From: Prasinococcaceae sp. CCMP 1430
Lineage: Eukaryota; Plantae; Prasinodermophyta
Length of the DNA stretch: 64,000 bases
Assembly (NCBI GenBank): GCA_013416795.1
Contig: RQSC01000523.1
Coordinates: 179,202 to 243,201 of the forward strand
Reading direction: 5' to 3'
How positions within the stretch are numbered: position 1 is the first letter of the stretch; the number at the start of each line of letters is the position of its first letter. Position numbers and translations under genes: made by a program. The notes under the pieces were generated by a model, which was not told where the DNA came from, did not search any database, and saw only the letters and a program-made list of their open reading frames with translations. Of the stretch, positions 21,560-33,144 are shown piece after piece.

Positions 21560-22726
21560 TCAATACTCCATGTCCGCGGCGATGAGCACGTGGTCGCTGG
21601 GCTCGTCATCCGTGGGGAAGGACAGCGCGTCGACGTCATCGCGGTGAGCGAGCGGCAGCGCGGCGGTGGCGCGCATGCCGTTGCCCACGAAGAGGTAGTC
21701 GAGCGTGTCGATGAAGGGCTCGTCCTCCTTGATCTTGGCGTAGTTGGTGAAGTCGGGCTCGCGGCCGTCGACCTGCAGGTACGCCGAGTCGAACTTGGAC
21801 TGCAGCTTGGGCCTCCACGGCTCCCAATCGACAGGGGTGGGGTAGCCCTCCGAGGCCTCGTCGAGGTCGCCCTGCGTGAGCAGGTCATACGCCGGGTCAC
21901 CGGGCTTGATGTTGAAGTCGCCGGCGAGGCACAGCGGCGCGCCGTCGGCGTACCCCTGCGCCCACTGGCCCACAAGCGCGCTGTGGATCGTCATCGCCTT
22001 GAGGTCCCAGAACATGCAGGGCATGTGGTAGGTCGCCACCACGAACTCGCTGCTGGAGCGCACGTCGCGCAGGCGCACGCCGATCGCGCGGTTGTTGCGC
22101 CGGCGCGAGTCCAGCCAGTGCTGGTACGCCGAGCGCGCCTTCTTCTTCTCTCCAGCCATCCACGCGGGCGGGCCCGCGCCGCCGCTGCCGTCACCGCCGC
22201 TGCCGCCGCCGACGACCGCCCTCCACAGGCGGATCGGGAGCCGCAGCGCGCCCTTCAGCACGCCGCCCACGCCGCCGCGCCGCTTGCGCTTGCCCTTGCC
22301 GACGATGCCCTCGGCCTCGACCGCCTCGTCGAGCTCCGCGGGCCACGCCTTCGCGTCGGCGATGCGCTTGATCTGGACGCCCGCGAGCTCGTAGCGCTCG
22401 CGCGGCACCGCGAGGCCGACGCCCATGTAGTCGGAGAACGGGCTGGAGTAGAGCGTCTCGAGGAAGGTGTACCCGCGCCGGTCGAAGAAGGTGTGCAGCT
22501 CGCCCGCCCAGCTCATGGAGACCTCCTGCAGGCACACCACGCTGCCGCGCTCCACCTCGTCCTCGAGCTTGGCCTTGACGCGCTCCAGGCGCGCCGCGGG
22601 GTCGAGCGCGGCGGGCGCGCAGCTCGCAAAGTGGTCGCCGCGCGCGAGCGTCTGCGAGAGCACGTTGTACGTCGCCACGCGCACGCGGCCGCGCGCGGCG
22701 GCCGCGGCGACCACCGAGGCGCTCAT
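21560..22726 (-). CDS. Endonuclease/exonuclease/phosphatase, CCR4/nocturnin/Angel family
   Basis: RVATYNVLSQ, VVCLQEV, VATYHMP, LAGDFNIKP, TLDYLF and PSDHVLI. Confidence 0.93.
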   Translation of the reverse strand: MSASVVAAAAARGRVRVATYNVLSQTLARGDHFASCAPAALDPAARLERVKAKLEDEVERGSVVCLQEVSMSWAGELHTFFDRRGYTFLETLYSSPFSDYMGVGLAVPRERYELAGVQIKRIADAKAWPAELDEAVEAEGIVGKGKRKRRGGVGGVLKGALRLPIRLWRAVVGGGSGGDGSGGAGPPAWMAGEKKKARSAYQHWLDSRRRNNRAIGVRLRDVRSSSEFVVATYHMPCMFWDLKAMTIHSALVGQWAQGYADGAPLCLAGDFNIKPGDPAYDLLTQGDLDEASEGYPTPVDWEPWRPKLQSKFDSAYLQVDGREPDFTNYAKIKEDEPFIDTLDYLFVGNGMRATAALPLAHRDDVDALSFPTDDEPSDHVLIAADMEY

Positions 22727-23269
22727 CGCGGCCGAACGACCTCCCCGAACGACGCCCGCCTCCGCCCTCCCGAGCGCGTGCGGTGCGGGGGAGGCCGCGC
22801 GCGTGCGCTCCGCGCGCGCGCTGTGGCGCACCCGCAGCTAACCCGGAGCGAGTCCGCCTGCATTCTGACGTACACTCTCCCGTGATCATTTTAACCATCA
22901 AATCAAATGATGCATACTCACCCAAGAGCGAGGCAGGCGCCCTCGCGCGTTTGGTTGCTTTTTGACCTTGACTTGGGGAACCGATTCATTTTGATGGCGG
23001 TTTCCCGGGGCATGTGCATAGCATGCGCGGTGGCCGGCGCACGCGCACGGCGGGGGGGGGGACGCCTCGGCGGCTGTCTGCCGCAGCTCTATCCCTGCGG
23101 AGGGCCCGCCGCGCGCGTCGCGGCGCGTGGCGCGCGGCGCGGAGACGCCGGCGTGCGCGGTGTGACAGTAGTGGCGAGCGCGCCGCCGCCTCTTACACGC
23201 GAGGCGAGGAGGGAGCGCACGCGCCGCGGTTTCGTTTCTTCGCTGCAGGTGGGGGCGTCGCGCGGTCCC

Positions 23270-25567
23270 TCACTGGCCCCCTTGGGCAACCTCCCTCGCC
23301 GCCACCTGCTGCGCCTGGATGACGGTGATGACGACCGTGTTGATGACGTCCTCCACGGTGCACCCCCTGCTGAGGTCGTTAACGGGCAGGCGCATGCCCT
23401 GCATGATGGGTCCCATGGCGACGCAGCCCGACGCCTGCTGGACGGCCTTGTACCCGGAATTGCCCGCGTTGAGGTCGGGGAAGACCAGCACGGAGGCGCG
23501 GCCCGCCACCGGGCTTTCTGCGCCCTTGAACTTGACGGCGGCGACGGCTGGGTCCACGGCGGCGTCGAACTGGATGGGCCCCTCGATGGGCGTGTCGGGG
23601 TCGAGGCCGCGCGCGAGCTCGGTGGCGGCGCGCACGTGCTCAATCATGGGCACGCCCTTGCCGCCGCTCTCGCCTGTCGAGTACGATAGCATGGCGACGC
23701 GCGGATCGATGCCGAACGCGCGCGCGGTGGAGGCGCTCGTGGCGGCGATCTCGGCGAGCTGCACCTCGTCGGGCTGCGTCACGATGGCGCAGTCGCCGAA
23801 GATCTGGACGCGCTCAGGCAGCAACATGAAGAAGATGGAGCTCACGAAGTTGAAGCCCGGCGCCGTCTTGATGACCTGCAGCGCAGGGCGCATCGTATCC
23901 GCCGTGCTGTGACACGCGCCGCTCACCATGCCGTCGATGTCGCCCGCGTGCATCTTCATAGTGCCGTACCAGTTGAAGTCGTCCGCGAAGAGCTGCGCCG
24001 CCTTCTCGCGCGTCATCCCCTTGGCCTTCCGCAGCTCGGTGTATGCGTCGATCAGCGGCTCGTAGTCGGGCGACGCGGGCGGGTACACGACTTCCACGCC
24101 CGTCATATCGAGGTGGTGCCTCTTGGCCAGCGCTGCCACCTCCTCGGGCTTGCCGAGCAGAAGCACGTCGCACAGGCCCCGGCGCGAGAGCTCGGCGGCG
24201 GCTCGCACGACGCGCGGGTCGTTGCCCTCAGGGAGCACGATGCGCTTGCGGTCATTGCGCGCCGACTTGAAGATGCGGTGCTGGAAGAGCTTCGGCGTGA
24301 GCTCGGGCGATGCCGGCTCGCCGATGATCCTGCACAGCGCCTCAGCGTCCACGTTTCGCTCGAACAGCCGCTCCGCCGCCTCCACCTGCTCCACGCTCTC
24401 CGAGCGCAGCTTCCTCTGCCTCTCGGAGACGAGCGCGAGGGTGTCGCGGACGTTGTGCGCGGTGTGCAGGATTGGCAACGGCATTTCCTGCAGCGTGGCG
24501 AGCACCTTCCGCAGCACCTGCGGCACCTCCCCGCCCCCACCGAGCACGATGCCAGCCAGGGGCGGGAAGGCGCCCGACCGCATCGCCAGAATGAGCCCCA
24601 GGATGATCTCAAGCCGAGAGGCGTGCACCACCAGCAGCGACTTGGGGTGCTCCGACAGCTGGGCGAGCTCGTCGTCCAGGGTCGAGTCGGCGACCACCAC
24701 GTTGTGCACCTCGTGCCGCGGCAGCAGGTCCGCGCGGTGGAGCACCGTGGCGTCCAGGGCATCCCGAATGTCGGCGAGCGACTTGGCGCTCACCTGCGGG
24801 TCGGACGGCAGCACTCCCAACAGGCGGATGTCCCCGGAGGCGAAGCGCTCGTGCAGCGCATCCGCGGTCGCAGCGTGTTTCTCCCCGGGGACCTTGTTCA
24901 CCACGACGCCCGCGAGCTTCACGTTCGACTCCGTGAGCTGCTGCGCCATGATGGTGACGTCGCGGAAAATGCCCTCGGTCGAGCCGCAGGCGTAGGACCT
25001 CGTGCCGTCCTCCACTAGTACCACGGGCAGGCTCAGCGCGCTGGCCACCTTTGCGTTCCAGTCCTGCGTGCCCAGGCCGAGGTCCGTGCCTCCCACGAGC
25101 ATGAAGTCCTTCCCCTCCTTGATCTCCTCGTACTTGCCGATGATGGTCTCGATGAGCTCGTCCTCCTTGCCAGCGGCGAGCGCCTCGCGGGCCTCCAGCC
25201 TGGTCACGCCCCACATCGCCGAGGGCGCGTCGGCGATGTCGAAGGTGGCGCGCAGGAGCTCGACGTGGGCGTCATCGCCGCCCTCTTCGCTGTCGGCCAC
25301 GGGCCGGAAGAAGCCCACCCGGCCGGTCTCCGACGCGGCGTGCAGGATGCCGAGCGACGTGACGGTGCTCGAGCCTGCCGGGGAGGTGACGAAGACGCCC
25401 CTCGCCGTGGCGGCTCCGGTCTCGGCGGCCGCGGGCGGCGCCCCTGGCGCCGCGGCCGGCGCGGCGCTGGACGCCGAGAGGGTTGAGGCATTGGCTGCGG
25501 AGGCGAAGCCCCTCTGGGAAGAGAAGGCGTTCCTCGCGTTTGAGCGCGATGAGGCGGCGGGCACCAT
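23270..25567 (-). CDS. pta: Phosphate acetyltransferase, long three-domain form, with mitochondrial-like presequence
   Basis: RIVLPEGNDPRV, DGMVSGACHSTADTMRPALQ, FGDCAIV, AMLSYSTG, GPIQFDAAVD, FPDLNAGNSGYKAVQ and PVNDLSRG. N-terminal BioD-like and DRTGG-like regions. MVPAASSRSNARNAFSSQRGFAS begins at ATG 25567. Confidence 0.95.
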   Translation of the reverse strand: MVPAASSRSNARNAFSSQRGFASAANASTLSASSAAPAAAPGAPPAAAETGAATARGVFVTSPAGSSTVTSLGILHAASETGRVGFFRPVADSEEGGDDAHVELLRATFDIADAPSAMWGVTRLEAREALAAGKEDELIETIIGKYEEIKEGKDFMLVGGTDLGLGTQDWNAKVASALSLPVVLVEDGTRSYACGSTEGIFRDVTIMAQQLTESNVKLAGVVVNKVPGEKHAATADALHERFASGDIRLLGVLPSDPQVSAKSLADIRDALDATVLHRADLLPRHEVHNVVVADSTLDDELAQLSEHPKSLLVVHASRLEIILGLILAMRSGAFPPLAGIVLGGGGEVPQVLRKVLATLQEMPLPILHTAHNVRDTLALVSERQRKLRSESVEQVEAAERLFERNVDAEALCRIIGEPASPELTPKLFQHRIFKSARNDRKRIVLPEGNDPRVVRAAAELSRRGLCDVLLLGKPEEVAALAKRHHLDMTGVEVVYPPASPDYEPLIDAYTELRKAKGMTREKAAQLFADDFNWYGTMKMHAGDIDGMVSGACHSTADTMRPALQVIKTAPGFNFVSSIFFMLLPERVQIFGDCAIVTQPDEVQLAEIAATSASTARAFGIDPRVAMLSYSTGESGGKGVPMIEHVRAATELARGLDPDTPIEGPIQFDAAVDPAVAAVKFKGAESPVAGRASVLVFPDLNAGNSGYKAVQQASGCVAMGPIMQGMRLPVNDLSRGCTVEDVINTVVITVIQAQQVAAREVAQGGQ

Positions 25568-26501
25568 TACGATCGTGTTCGTGTCGAAGGGCGCCGGGTG
25601 GGTGTCGCTGGGCTGGCACGACGGTGCGATCACGGGCGAGATGTTCGGCGCGGACCTCTTCATGGCGGCGGTGCAAAGCGACGGCACGCTCCGCATCGCG
25701 GATATGAACAGCAAGAACAACGCCGTGCCGAAGCTCGACGACAAGTGCGAGTCGTGCCAGTCGTGCGGGGACAACTTCCTGGAGACGTACGGCAAGTACG
25801 ACGCGACGAGCGGCTTCACGACGGTCGCGTTCGTGCGCGCGATGGCGGCGCCCGACGCGATGGACCTCGACCTCGGTGTGCGCGACGAATGGACGCGCCT
25901 ACTCGCGGCCTACGAGCACGGCGACACCGGCGACTTCTCCGTGCAGCACACGAGGGAGACGCGGCAGGACCACCTGTGGGCGAACTTCTACACCGGCGAG
26001 GTGTGCGGACACGACAAGTACCACGAGTGCCGGCCGGACCGCTCGCCGCCGGGACAGGATGGCACCCCGCTAAAGGAGACGAGAGACCGCCCCGATTGGG
26101 AGTGCCCACCGGCGGCGGCACCGCCGCTGCCCCCCCCTCCCGTGGATGAAGACTCCGGCTCGACCGCCGCTCCTGCTCCCACGGGGGGCGAGGGCGGCGA
26201 GGGCGGCGAGAGCGGTGCTTCCTCCGAAAAGGGCGGCGAGGAGGGCGAGAGTGGCGAGGGTGGCGGCAGTGCCGGGGCGATTGGCGCCGTGATCGCTGTG
26301 ATCGTTCTCGCCGGCGCGGCCATCGGGGGCTACTATGCGTACAAGGCGCAGCGGCGGCGGCGATACCTGCGCATGACGCGTGCGTTCATGCTGGACGGCA
26401 TGGGACTCGACGGCGACGATAATTTGGACGGCGTCCTGGGCGACGCGGAGCCCGTGGGCAGCCTGCAGAGCGACGAGGGGAAGAGCGCAGGTGGTGTGTG
26501 A
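25500..26501 (+). CDS. DOMON-domain single-pass membrane protein; 5' end unresolved and overlapping pta antisense
   Basis: TITIVFVSKGAGWVSLGW..MFGADLFMA..TTVAFVR..LLAAY..H fits a DOMON domain. Pro/Gly linker, then TM AIGAVIAVIVLAGAAIGGYYAY followed by KAQRRRR. Confidence 0.8.
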   Translation, partial: EAKPLWEEKAFLAFERDEAAGTITIVFVSKGAGWVSLGWHDGAITGEMFGADLFMAAVQSDGTLRIADMNSKNNAVPKLDDKCESCQSCGDNFLETYGKYDATSGFTTVAFVRAMAAPDAMDLDLGVRDEWTRLLAAYEHGDTGDFSVQHTRETRQDHLWANFYTGEVCGHDKYHECRPDRSPPGQDGTPLKETRDRPDWECPPAAAPPLPPPPVDEDSGSTAAPAPTGGEGGEGGESGASSEKGGEEGESGEGGGSAGAIGAVIAVIVLAGAAIGGYYAYKAQRRRRYLRMTRAFMLDGMGLDGDDNLDGVLGDAEPVGSLQSDEGKSAGGV

Positions 26502-26533
26502 CCGGGTCTCATTTATAAACACGTTGACATTCT

Positions 26534-29500
26534 TCACTTGCGCGCCGCGGTCGCGAATGCGAAGCCCGGCGTGTTGGCGGGCGCAGCGGGCGTCGCTGCC
26601 ACGGGCGCTCGCGCCGCCCCCGGCGTGGCATTGCTCGCGACGCCGGCGCCGAGCGCCTGCTGCAGCTGCGCCTTGACGTTGGGAGGCAGCGCCCCCACCA
26701 CGGCAGCGAAAGGCACCTGTGCTGCCCTCGCGAGGCGCTGGATGATGCTGCCCGCCGTCCCTCCGCCGACCCTCGCCAGCGTGGGCAGCGCGACCGACAA
26801 GAAGGCCGCGCGCTCGGCGTCATCGTCGAGCAGCGCCGCGCCGCTCGCAAGCAAGCCCATGTGTGCCACGGCACCGTCATCACTAGCGGCCAGCCGCGCG
26901 AGCCTCGCAACGAAATCGGGGCCCGCGTCTGCGAACGCGCGGCGCGCGAGAGCCCTGTGCGCCGCGCTTCCGCCCGCACCGGCGCGCAGCAGGACGCGCC
27001 AGTGCAGATCCGTGCGCGGCTCACACACGGCCGCCAGCGCCTCCGTAGCGAGCGCATCGTCGGAGCACCCCTCCACGAGGGCGGGCAGCGCGCGGATGGC
27101 AGCTGCGAGCGCCGCGTCGCGATCGGTCTCGCGCAGCAGCATCACTGCCACCGCGAGGAGGAGGTCGGCGTCCGCACTGCCGCCGCCGTCCGCCCGAGAA
27201 TCAACAGAACAGATGGCCTCGAAGAGCTGGCTCGCGCGGGACGAGGCCTCCGATCCGTCACATTCGTGCGCACGCACGATCTCGCCCTTGAGCAGCTCGA
27301 GCCACCCGGCGCGCAGCGCTTCCCCGTGAGGCTCCAGCAGCAGGACGTCCACAACGCCCGCCTCAGCCTCCGCCCCAGGTGTGCTCGAGGCGCCTGTGAC
27401 GCCGGCACGCCACACCGCGACATCCGCGGCGGCAACGAGCACCTCCCGGCGCACGTGCGCGCCGACCCACTCGGCATAGCCGGCGTACTGCGGCGCGCGC
27501 GCGGCGCCGTTCCCCAGCACCTGCGCTGCGTGCTTTGCGAGTACGCTCACCACCCTCTTGAGGGATTGCACGTCGCCCGCAGCCGCCTGTGCCACGACGA
27601 AGCCAGCTGCCAACTGCGCGGTGCCCGCGACGACATCGGGCGGCGCAGGAGCAGCGGAAACGCTTTGGTCGCCCCCGTCGCCGTTGGCACTCGCATCGCC
27701 GCTGGACGGTGCCGACGTCGAGTTGCTGCGGAGCGCGCTCATGACCTGCACCTGGAATTGTTCGAGGAGCATGTGGCCCTCGATGTCAGGGTCGGCAGCA
27801 TCGCGGAAGACACCCATGAGGCGCACCAGCAGCCGCAGGCCCCACACTCTCAGACCCTGCGCATCGCAAGTCGCTAGCTTGTAGCCCAGCCCGATGGCCT
27901 CGCCCAGATGCAGTACGAGCCACTCGCCACCAGACGACTCTCGTGCCAGCGCGAGGTCAAAGTGAGCACGGTTGTCCCCGACGCTCCCAGGCACGCGCAG
28001 CAGGCACTCGGCGGCGAAAGCGCGCGTCTTGAACCCGAGTTTTGCGTCGGACGCGTCGGCCTCGAGGTGGTCGCTGCTGGACGCGCGCCCGGCTGCGCCG
28101 CTTGCTGCACTATCAGGCGGAGGGGGCGCGGTCGCCACCGCGCCGCTGTCATCATCAGCGCCCCCACCGATGCCGTCCTCGCCGCCACCATCGTCCTCAA
28201 AAGCCACATCGCCTCCTTCGCTTTCACCCCCGCCATCGCTGACCGTGCTGTTGAGCGAAGCGTCGGTCCCAAGCGTGGCGTCGAGTGCTATGCTCGAGCA
28301 CACTGCAATCCAGCGCCTCGGGTGCGACTCGCACTGCGTGTCGAGAAGCCGCGTGATAGTCTGCCGCAAGACATCAGTGACGCTCGCCTCCGTCTCCCTG
28401 TCGAGCGCGGCGAAGAGGTCGCGCTCCAGGCCGGCACCCCATGCGTCCACAGCACACACGGCGGGCGCTCCGCTCTCCACGAGATGGCGGAGGGTGACCG
28501 CGGCAGCGCGCCGCAACCGCGGCTGGCGCGAGCGCAGCGTGCGCCGCAGCACGCCCAGACGCGGCGGCATCTGCGGCGCGAAGAGCGCCAGCTGCTGGGC
28601 GAACATGACGCTCTCCATCGCTGTCGCGGGATCTGATGTGTACTCGCCACGCGCATAGCCCATTGCGTCCTCGCCAGTCACCTCACCGACGACAGCCGCG
28701 CACTGCGTGTACACCGCCGAACCGGGCGTGAGCTCGGGCCCAATCGTCGCAATGCTCGCGTTGACGATGCGCGCGACGCACTGCCCGAGTGCGGCGGTGG
28801 TAGCCGCGTCCACCATGAGCAGATTTGTAGCGAGCTCGAGGACGCTGCGCACGCGGGGCACGTACGCGGCGCCGGCGGACTGGGCCACGAGCGCGAGCGC
28901 GTGAAGCGCCCACACATGGTGATCGCGCCCGTCGGTCGGGCGCGCAGCCGCAGTCATGAGCGCATCCACCGACCGGCCAACTGCCGCCCGAAGCGCCATG
29001 CCACCCACCGAGCGGTTGATCGACCCGAGCGCGAGTGCTGCTGCCGGAGTTGCGAGGCCCGCAGGGTCCGCCTTGACGCGCTGTGAGAGCACCTTGCACT
29101 TGCGCTCGGCCGCGTCGGCGCCACCAAGCTTGCAAGTCAGGGCGAGGCACTCGGCGCCAGCGCGCCGCAGCCCGCGCCACGGGGTGCCGAGCAGCACCTG
29201 GGCTGTCCGGGCGGCCAGGGCGAGCGCGTCGTTGTCTACTTTGCAGCCACGCGCGGCTGTGACTTTCATCGCGAGTAGTAGCGCGATGGCTGATACCGTC
29301 AAGCCGCCGGCCCGTGCGGTCGCCCTGCTGTGCACGCTCTCCATGATCTGCTTCTGCATGGCGGGTGGGCTCACCGAGAAGCACTGCGCAAGTGCGCGCA
29401 GCGCGCAGGTCGTAAGCGCGGCCGATAAACTCTGCTGCTGCGCAAACGCAGCCTCCGTGGCCGCATCCCAAGAGGCGGCGACGAGCGCATCGCCACCACC

Positions 29501-32206
29501 GTACTCTAGCGCATGCAGCGCGTCCACCTGCTCATCGGCGCCGGCGACCGCAGGCCCAAGGATATCGTCCTCTCGCGAAAGCTCTGAGATGAGGTCAGCG
29601 ACAGAAGCCCTCGGTTCCGTCGGCCAACCACCAGCAAGGCCGCCAGAGGCGAGACACAGTGCGAGCAACGCCTTTGCTGCCTTCAGGTGCTCGAGCATCG
29701 CGGGCGCACTCTCAGCGAGTTGTACGGTGTGGAACGCGAGCGCATTCACGGAGTGCGCCACCTGCGGATTCTTGCCCGAGGCGGCCGCGGCACGAACCTC
29801 CTTTGCGGTGAGTATCCCAAGCGCTCCGTCGATGGCACCCGCGGCGAACGCGAGAATGTCGCCTAGCCTGCCCTTTGCCTGGGGACCCGGCGCGTGTGCC
29901 CTGGCCTTCGCGGACACATACAGAGCGCGGATCGCGCACAGCGCATCTGCGCGCCAGCCGAGCTCCGCGCAGAACGCAGCTGGGGCCTTGACAAGCTCGA
30001 TCACGCGCGGCTGCGCGCGCGCACTGAAGGAGGTCGACACCGCCGACGCAATTTCCGTTGCCAGAGTGCCGCTGACTTCGTCGCCATTTCCCTCGAGCGC
30101 CGCGACGCTCGCTGCGAGGGCGTACCCGGCACTCCTCTCTGGCGCTCCCGCCTGCGAGTGATCAAGCACAAGCCCCTTGACCTCAGACATCGCCTGCAGC
30201 ACAAGCGCGGAGGGCACACCATGCTCGAGCTCCTCGGCCGCGTGCAGCAGCGCGCCCGCGGCGCGCGCCCAGCCGTCGAGGGTGCACTCAAGCAAGCGGA
30301 CCTTTTGCTCCTGCTCTCTCGTCGCCGCCGATGCGCGGCCAAATCTGGAAGGAGCAGGCGCCGCTCCACGAGCGGCTGCCAACGCGCTGCGCGCGGTATG
30401 CAGCACCTCAAATGCCTGTGCGAGGAGTCCCGTCGCCCTCTCTGGCACTGAACGCACGAGCGCGGCGAGCGTGGCTGCCGCGGCCTGTCGTGTTCGGATG
30501 TCCTGCGCACTCACCATTTCGGTTATGCGCGACTCGAGCTGCTTTTGCAGGCTCGAGTCCGCCTTCCCCAGAGTGTGCAGCGCTACGCTCGTCGCCCTGA
30601 GCGAGGTTGTTGCGTGCGCACCGCTCTGCTGGCGGGCGGGCGCGTTCGTTCTGTCGGCGCTGGTGCCGCCACCAGCTCCGCCAGAGAGCAATTGCGGGAT
30701 GAGCACGGCCAGCTCCTCCGGTGGCAGTTGCTGCACACCTCCGGCGCACACCACGTGCAGGATGCACGCTCGCGCGTGCGCCAGGGCATCGGCCGTCTCG
30801 GGCGCAAGCGCACCGCCCGAGCTCTTGCTAGCACCTGCAGCCGCTAGCGAGGATAGAGCTTCCGAGCAGAGCTGCCGCGCATGCGCGCCCTTGCCGCATG
30901 CGGCGGCCGACGCGACCGCCACTGCCCATGCCTCCGCCACCCCTGCACGCACGCGGGCAGCCGCCGCGCCGGGCATGCGCACGCGCGTCCCGAAGGGCTG
31001 CGCCAGGTATACTCTCCACGCCTTATCCACCTGCTTAGTGAGCTTGTCCCTGTCCCTCCCCGACGTCTTCTCGAGGATGGCGTGCACCTCATCCGAGCTG
31101 GCGCACGTGACCAAAGCCGCCAGCGCGCGCACGTGCTGCGCACGGTAGGCTTGGTGTGCAAAAGCGTCGATGCCTGCGTCACCATCTTCACCATCATTGC
31201 CTCCGCTCGTCGACGCACCCGCCCCAGCCTCGAGCGCGCTGATGCACGCAGTGGCGCACTGATCGAACGAAAGCGTGGCACAAAGCGCCTTCTCACCTGC
31301 ACCGCTGACGCACAAATCAGCCAGCACCGCCGCCGCAGCAGTGCACACGCAAACCTCCTTGTCCGCGGCCCCTACCCTGAGAGCGAGCTTGAGCGCCGCC
31401 TCGGAGCTCTTGGGTGACATGCTGCGCCCCGCGCCGCTGACGCACGCGGCGATGCATCGCAAGGCGGCCGCTCGCACGCGCGGCTCGGGGGCCTTGGTCG
31501 CGTGCCGCGCACATAGCATCACTGTCTCATTGCACGGGCGCGCGAGCTTCGAGCCGAATGCGCGCGACACGGCGCCGATGCACTGAAGCGTCGCGATCCG
31601 TGCGGCCTCGGGCGACTGGTAGGGCGCGTCAGCGAGGGGTCATGTGTGGGGTTAAGGGTGTGTGGGTGTGGGTGTGGCCTAGTCAGAGCCGGGAGCGCAG
31701 AGCCACCGATCGGCGGTCGTGTACAACTAGAAGTCATCGTGCAATCTGGCAGTGATCCGAGGCTCCAGGCGGTCGCGGCGCACCTTATCAAATGCCTTCT
31801 GCTCGATGGTGCCCTGCCACTCGCTCATCCTCGAGTACATGGAGATGCTGTCGCCGACGGAGAGGAGCGTGACGAGGCACGCGGTGCACAGCGTCCGCAG
31901 CAGAGGGCCAGGCCCGCGCGCCAGCAGCGTGCACAGGAGGTCCTCAGCGCCTCGCTGCTGCGATTTCAGCGCGTCGGCATCCACATCGGCGCACTCGATC
32001 GCGGCCACGCGCAGTGCGCGAAGGGCGGCCATCGTGCGAGGCTCGTCCAGCGGCGGCAGCGAGGCCAGTGCCTCGGCGATTCCATCGCCGCCGCCGCCGC
32101 TGGTGCCAAAGAGCGAGCGGTTGCTCTTCTTCTTGATGGCACCCGGCGCGGGCAGCGGCGCCACCGCGGCGAGCGCGCCTGCCGCCCGCTCGAAGGCCTC
32201 CGCCAT
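26534..32206 (-). CDS. HEATR5: HEAT-repeat protein 5 (HEATR5/SWEETIE/Laa1-like AP-1 accessory)
   Basis: Long alpha-solenoid with [53 protein letters not shown] and [16 protein letters not shown]. Intron 31783..31616. Confidence 0.88.
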
Positions 32207-32314
32207 CGCCGCACGGCCTCTGCGCGCGCACGTGCGGCGACGGCGGGGCCGTCCCTACACTCGCGCGCTGAAAGTCTCGCCTCCGGACCGAAGCGCGCGG
32301 CTGTGGCGGCAGAG

Positions 32315-32456
32315 GCCTACGCGGGACACGGACAGACCGACGTTGATCGCAGGGCGGATGCCGCGGTAGAACAGGTCGGTCTCGAGGAAGATCTGGCCGT
32401 CAGTGATCGAAATCACGTTGGTGGGAATGTACGCCGACACGTCACCGGCCTGGGTC
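32315..32456 (-). other. atp1: Isolated fragment of F1-ATP synthase alpha subunit (mitochondrial/alphaproteobacterial type)
   Basis: [47 protein letters not shown]. It ends abruptly and abuts an N gap. Confidence 0.9.
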
Positions 32457-32514
32457 NNNNNNNNNNNNNNNNNNNNNNNNNNNNNNNNNNNNNNNNNNNN
32501 NNNNNNNNNNNNNN
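32457..32514. other. Assembly gap (N run)
   Basis: Run of N. Confidence 1.
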
Positions 32515-32553
32515 GCGGCAGCGGGTGCCTCGGGGCCGGGGGCCGGGGCGGCG

Positions 32554-33123
32554 GTGGCGGCTGCGGCGGCGGGGGCGAATGTTGTACATGTGACGTTGAC
32601 ACGCGGGGATCCCGCCTACCGAGCGCCTCGAGCAGCCGTCTGCCGACCTCAGGCCCGCCATGCATCGCGGTCGTACGCAGCAGTGGGGGGGGAGGGCGGG
32701 GCGGAGGACACGGCGCGCGGTGGCGCAGGTGCGCAGGAGCTGCTCCGGGCGGGCGACGTTGTGGTCGAGCGGCGCGTCTTCAGCGCGGACGATGTGGCGG
32801 CCTTCGCCGAGCTCACGCGCGACCCCAACCCCATCCACGCCGGTGCGGGTGCCATCGTGCCGGGCTCTCTCCTCGCGTCGCTCTTTCCGAGCGTCATCGG
32901 CGCGCGCCTCCCCGGGGCGCTCTACCTGCGGCAGACGCTCGCGTTCCGCTCGCCGCTCGCCGTGGGCGCCCCCGTCGACGCCCGCGTGGAGGTGACGCGC
33001 GCCTCCGGCCGCCGCCTCGCGCTGCGCACCGAGGTCTCCGACGCCGCCACCGGCGCGCTCCTCCTCGACGGCGACGCCGTCGCGCTGCTGCCCGCCGCCG
33101 CCGCGCCCGCCGCGCGCTCCTGA
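32554..33123 (+). CDS. MaoC-like hot-dog dehydratase (R-specific enoyl-CoA hydratase/HTD2-like); 5' end uncertain
   Basis: RVFSADDVAAFAELTRDPNPIH, IVPGSLLASLF, PGALYLRQTLAFRSPL. Confidence 0.88.
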   Translation: MAAAAAGANVVHVTLTRGDPAYRAPRAAVCRPQARHASRSYAAVGGEGGAEDTARGGAGAQELLRAGDVVVERRVFSADDVAAFAELTRDPNPIHAGAGAIVPGSLLASLFPSVIGARLPGALYLRQTLAFRSPLAVGAPVDARVEVTRASGRRLALRTEVSDAATGALLLDGDAVALLPAAAAPAARS

Positions 33124-33139
33124 CGCCCTCCCCATTTGT

Positions 33140-33144
33140 TTGTA
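33140..33144 (+). terminator. Candidate TGTAA polyadenylation signal
   Basis: 17 nt after the MaoC stop. Confidence 0.45.

Noticed and set aside
26534-31615. Relaxed codon bias in HEATR5, coiled-coil, LRR and EF-hand genes as a sign of horizontal transfer
   Set aside because: These are typical eukaryotic genes with host-style introns or context. Weaker translational selection is the simpler explanation.
443-33123. Metabolic cluster of transaldolase, 6PGL, pta and MaoC
   Set aside because: Genes are 5-17 kb apart and interleaved with unrelated housekeeping genes. There is no evidence of co-regulation, although MaoC-Pta fusions exist in bacteria.
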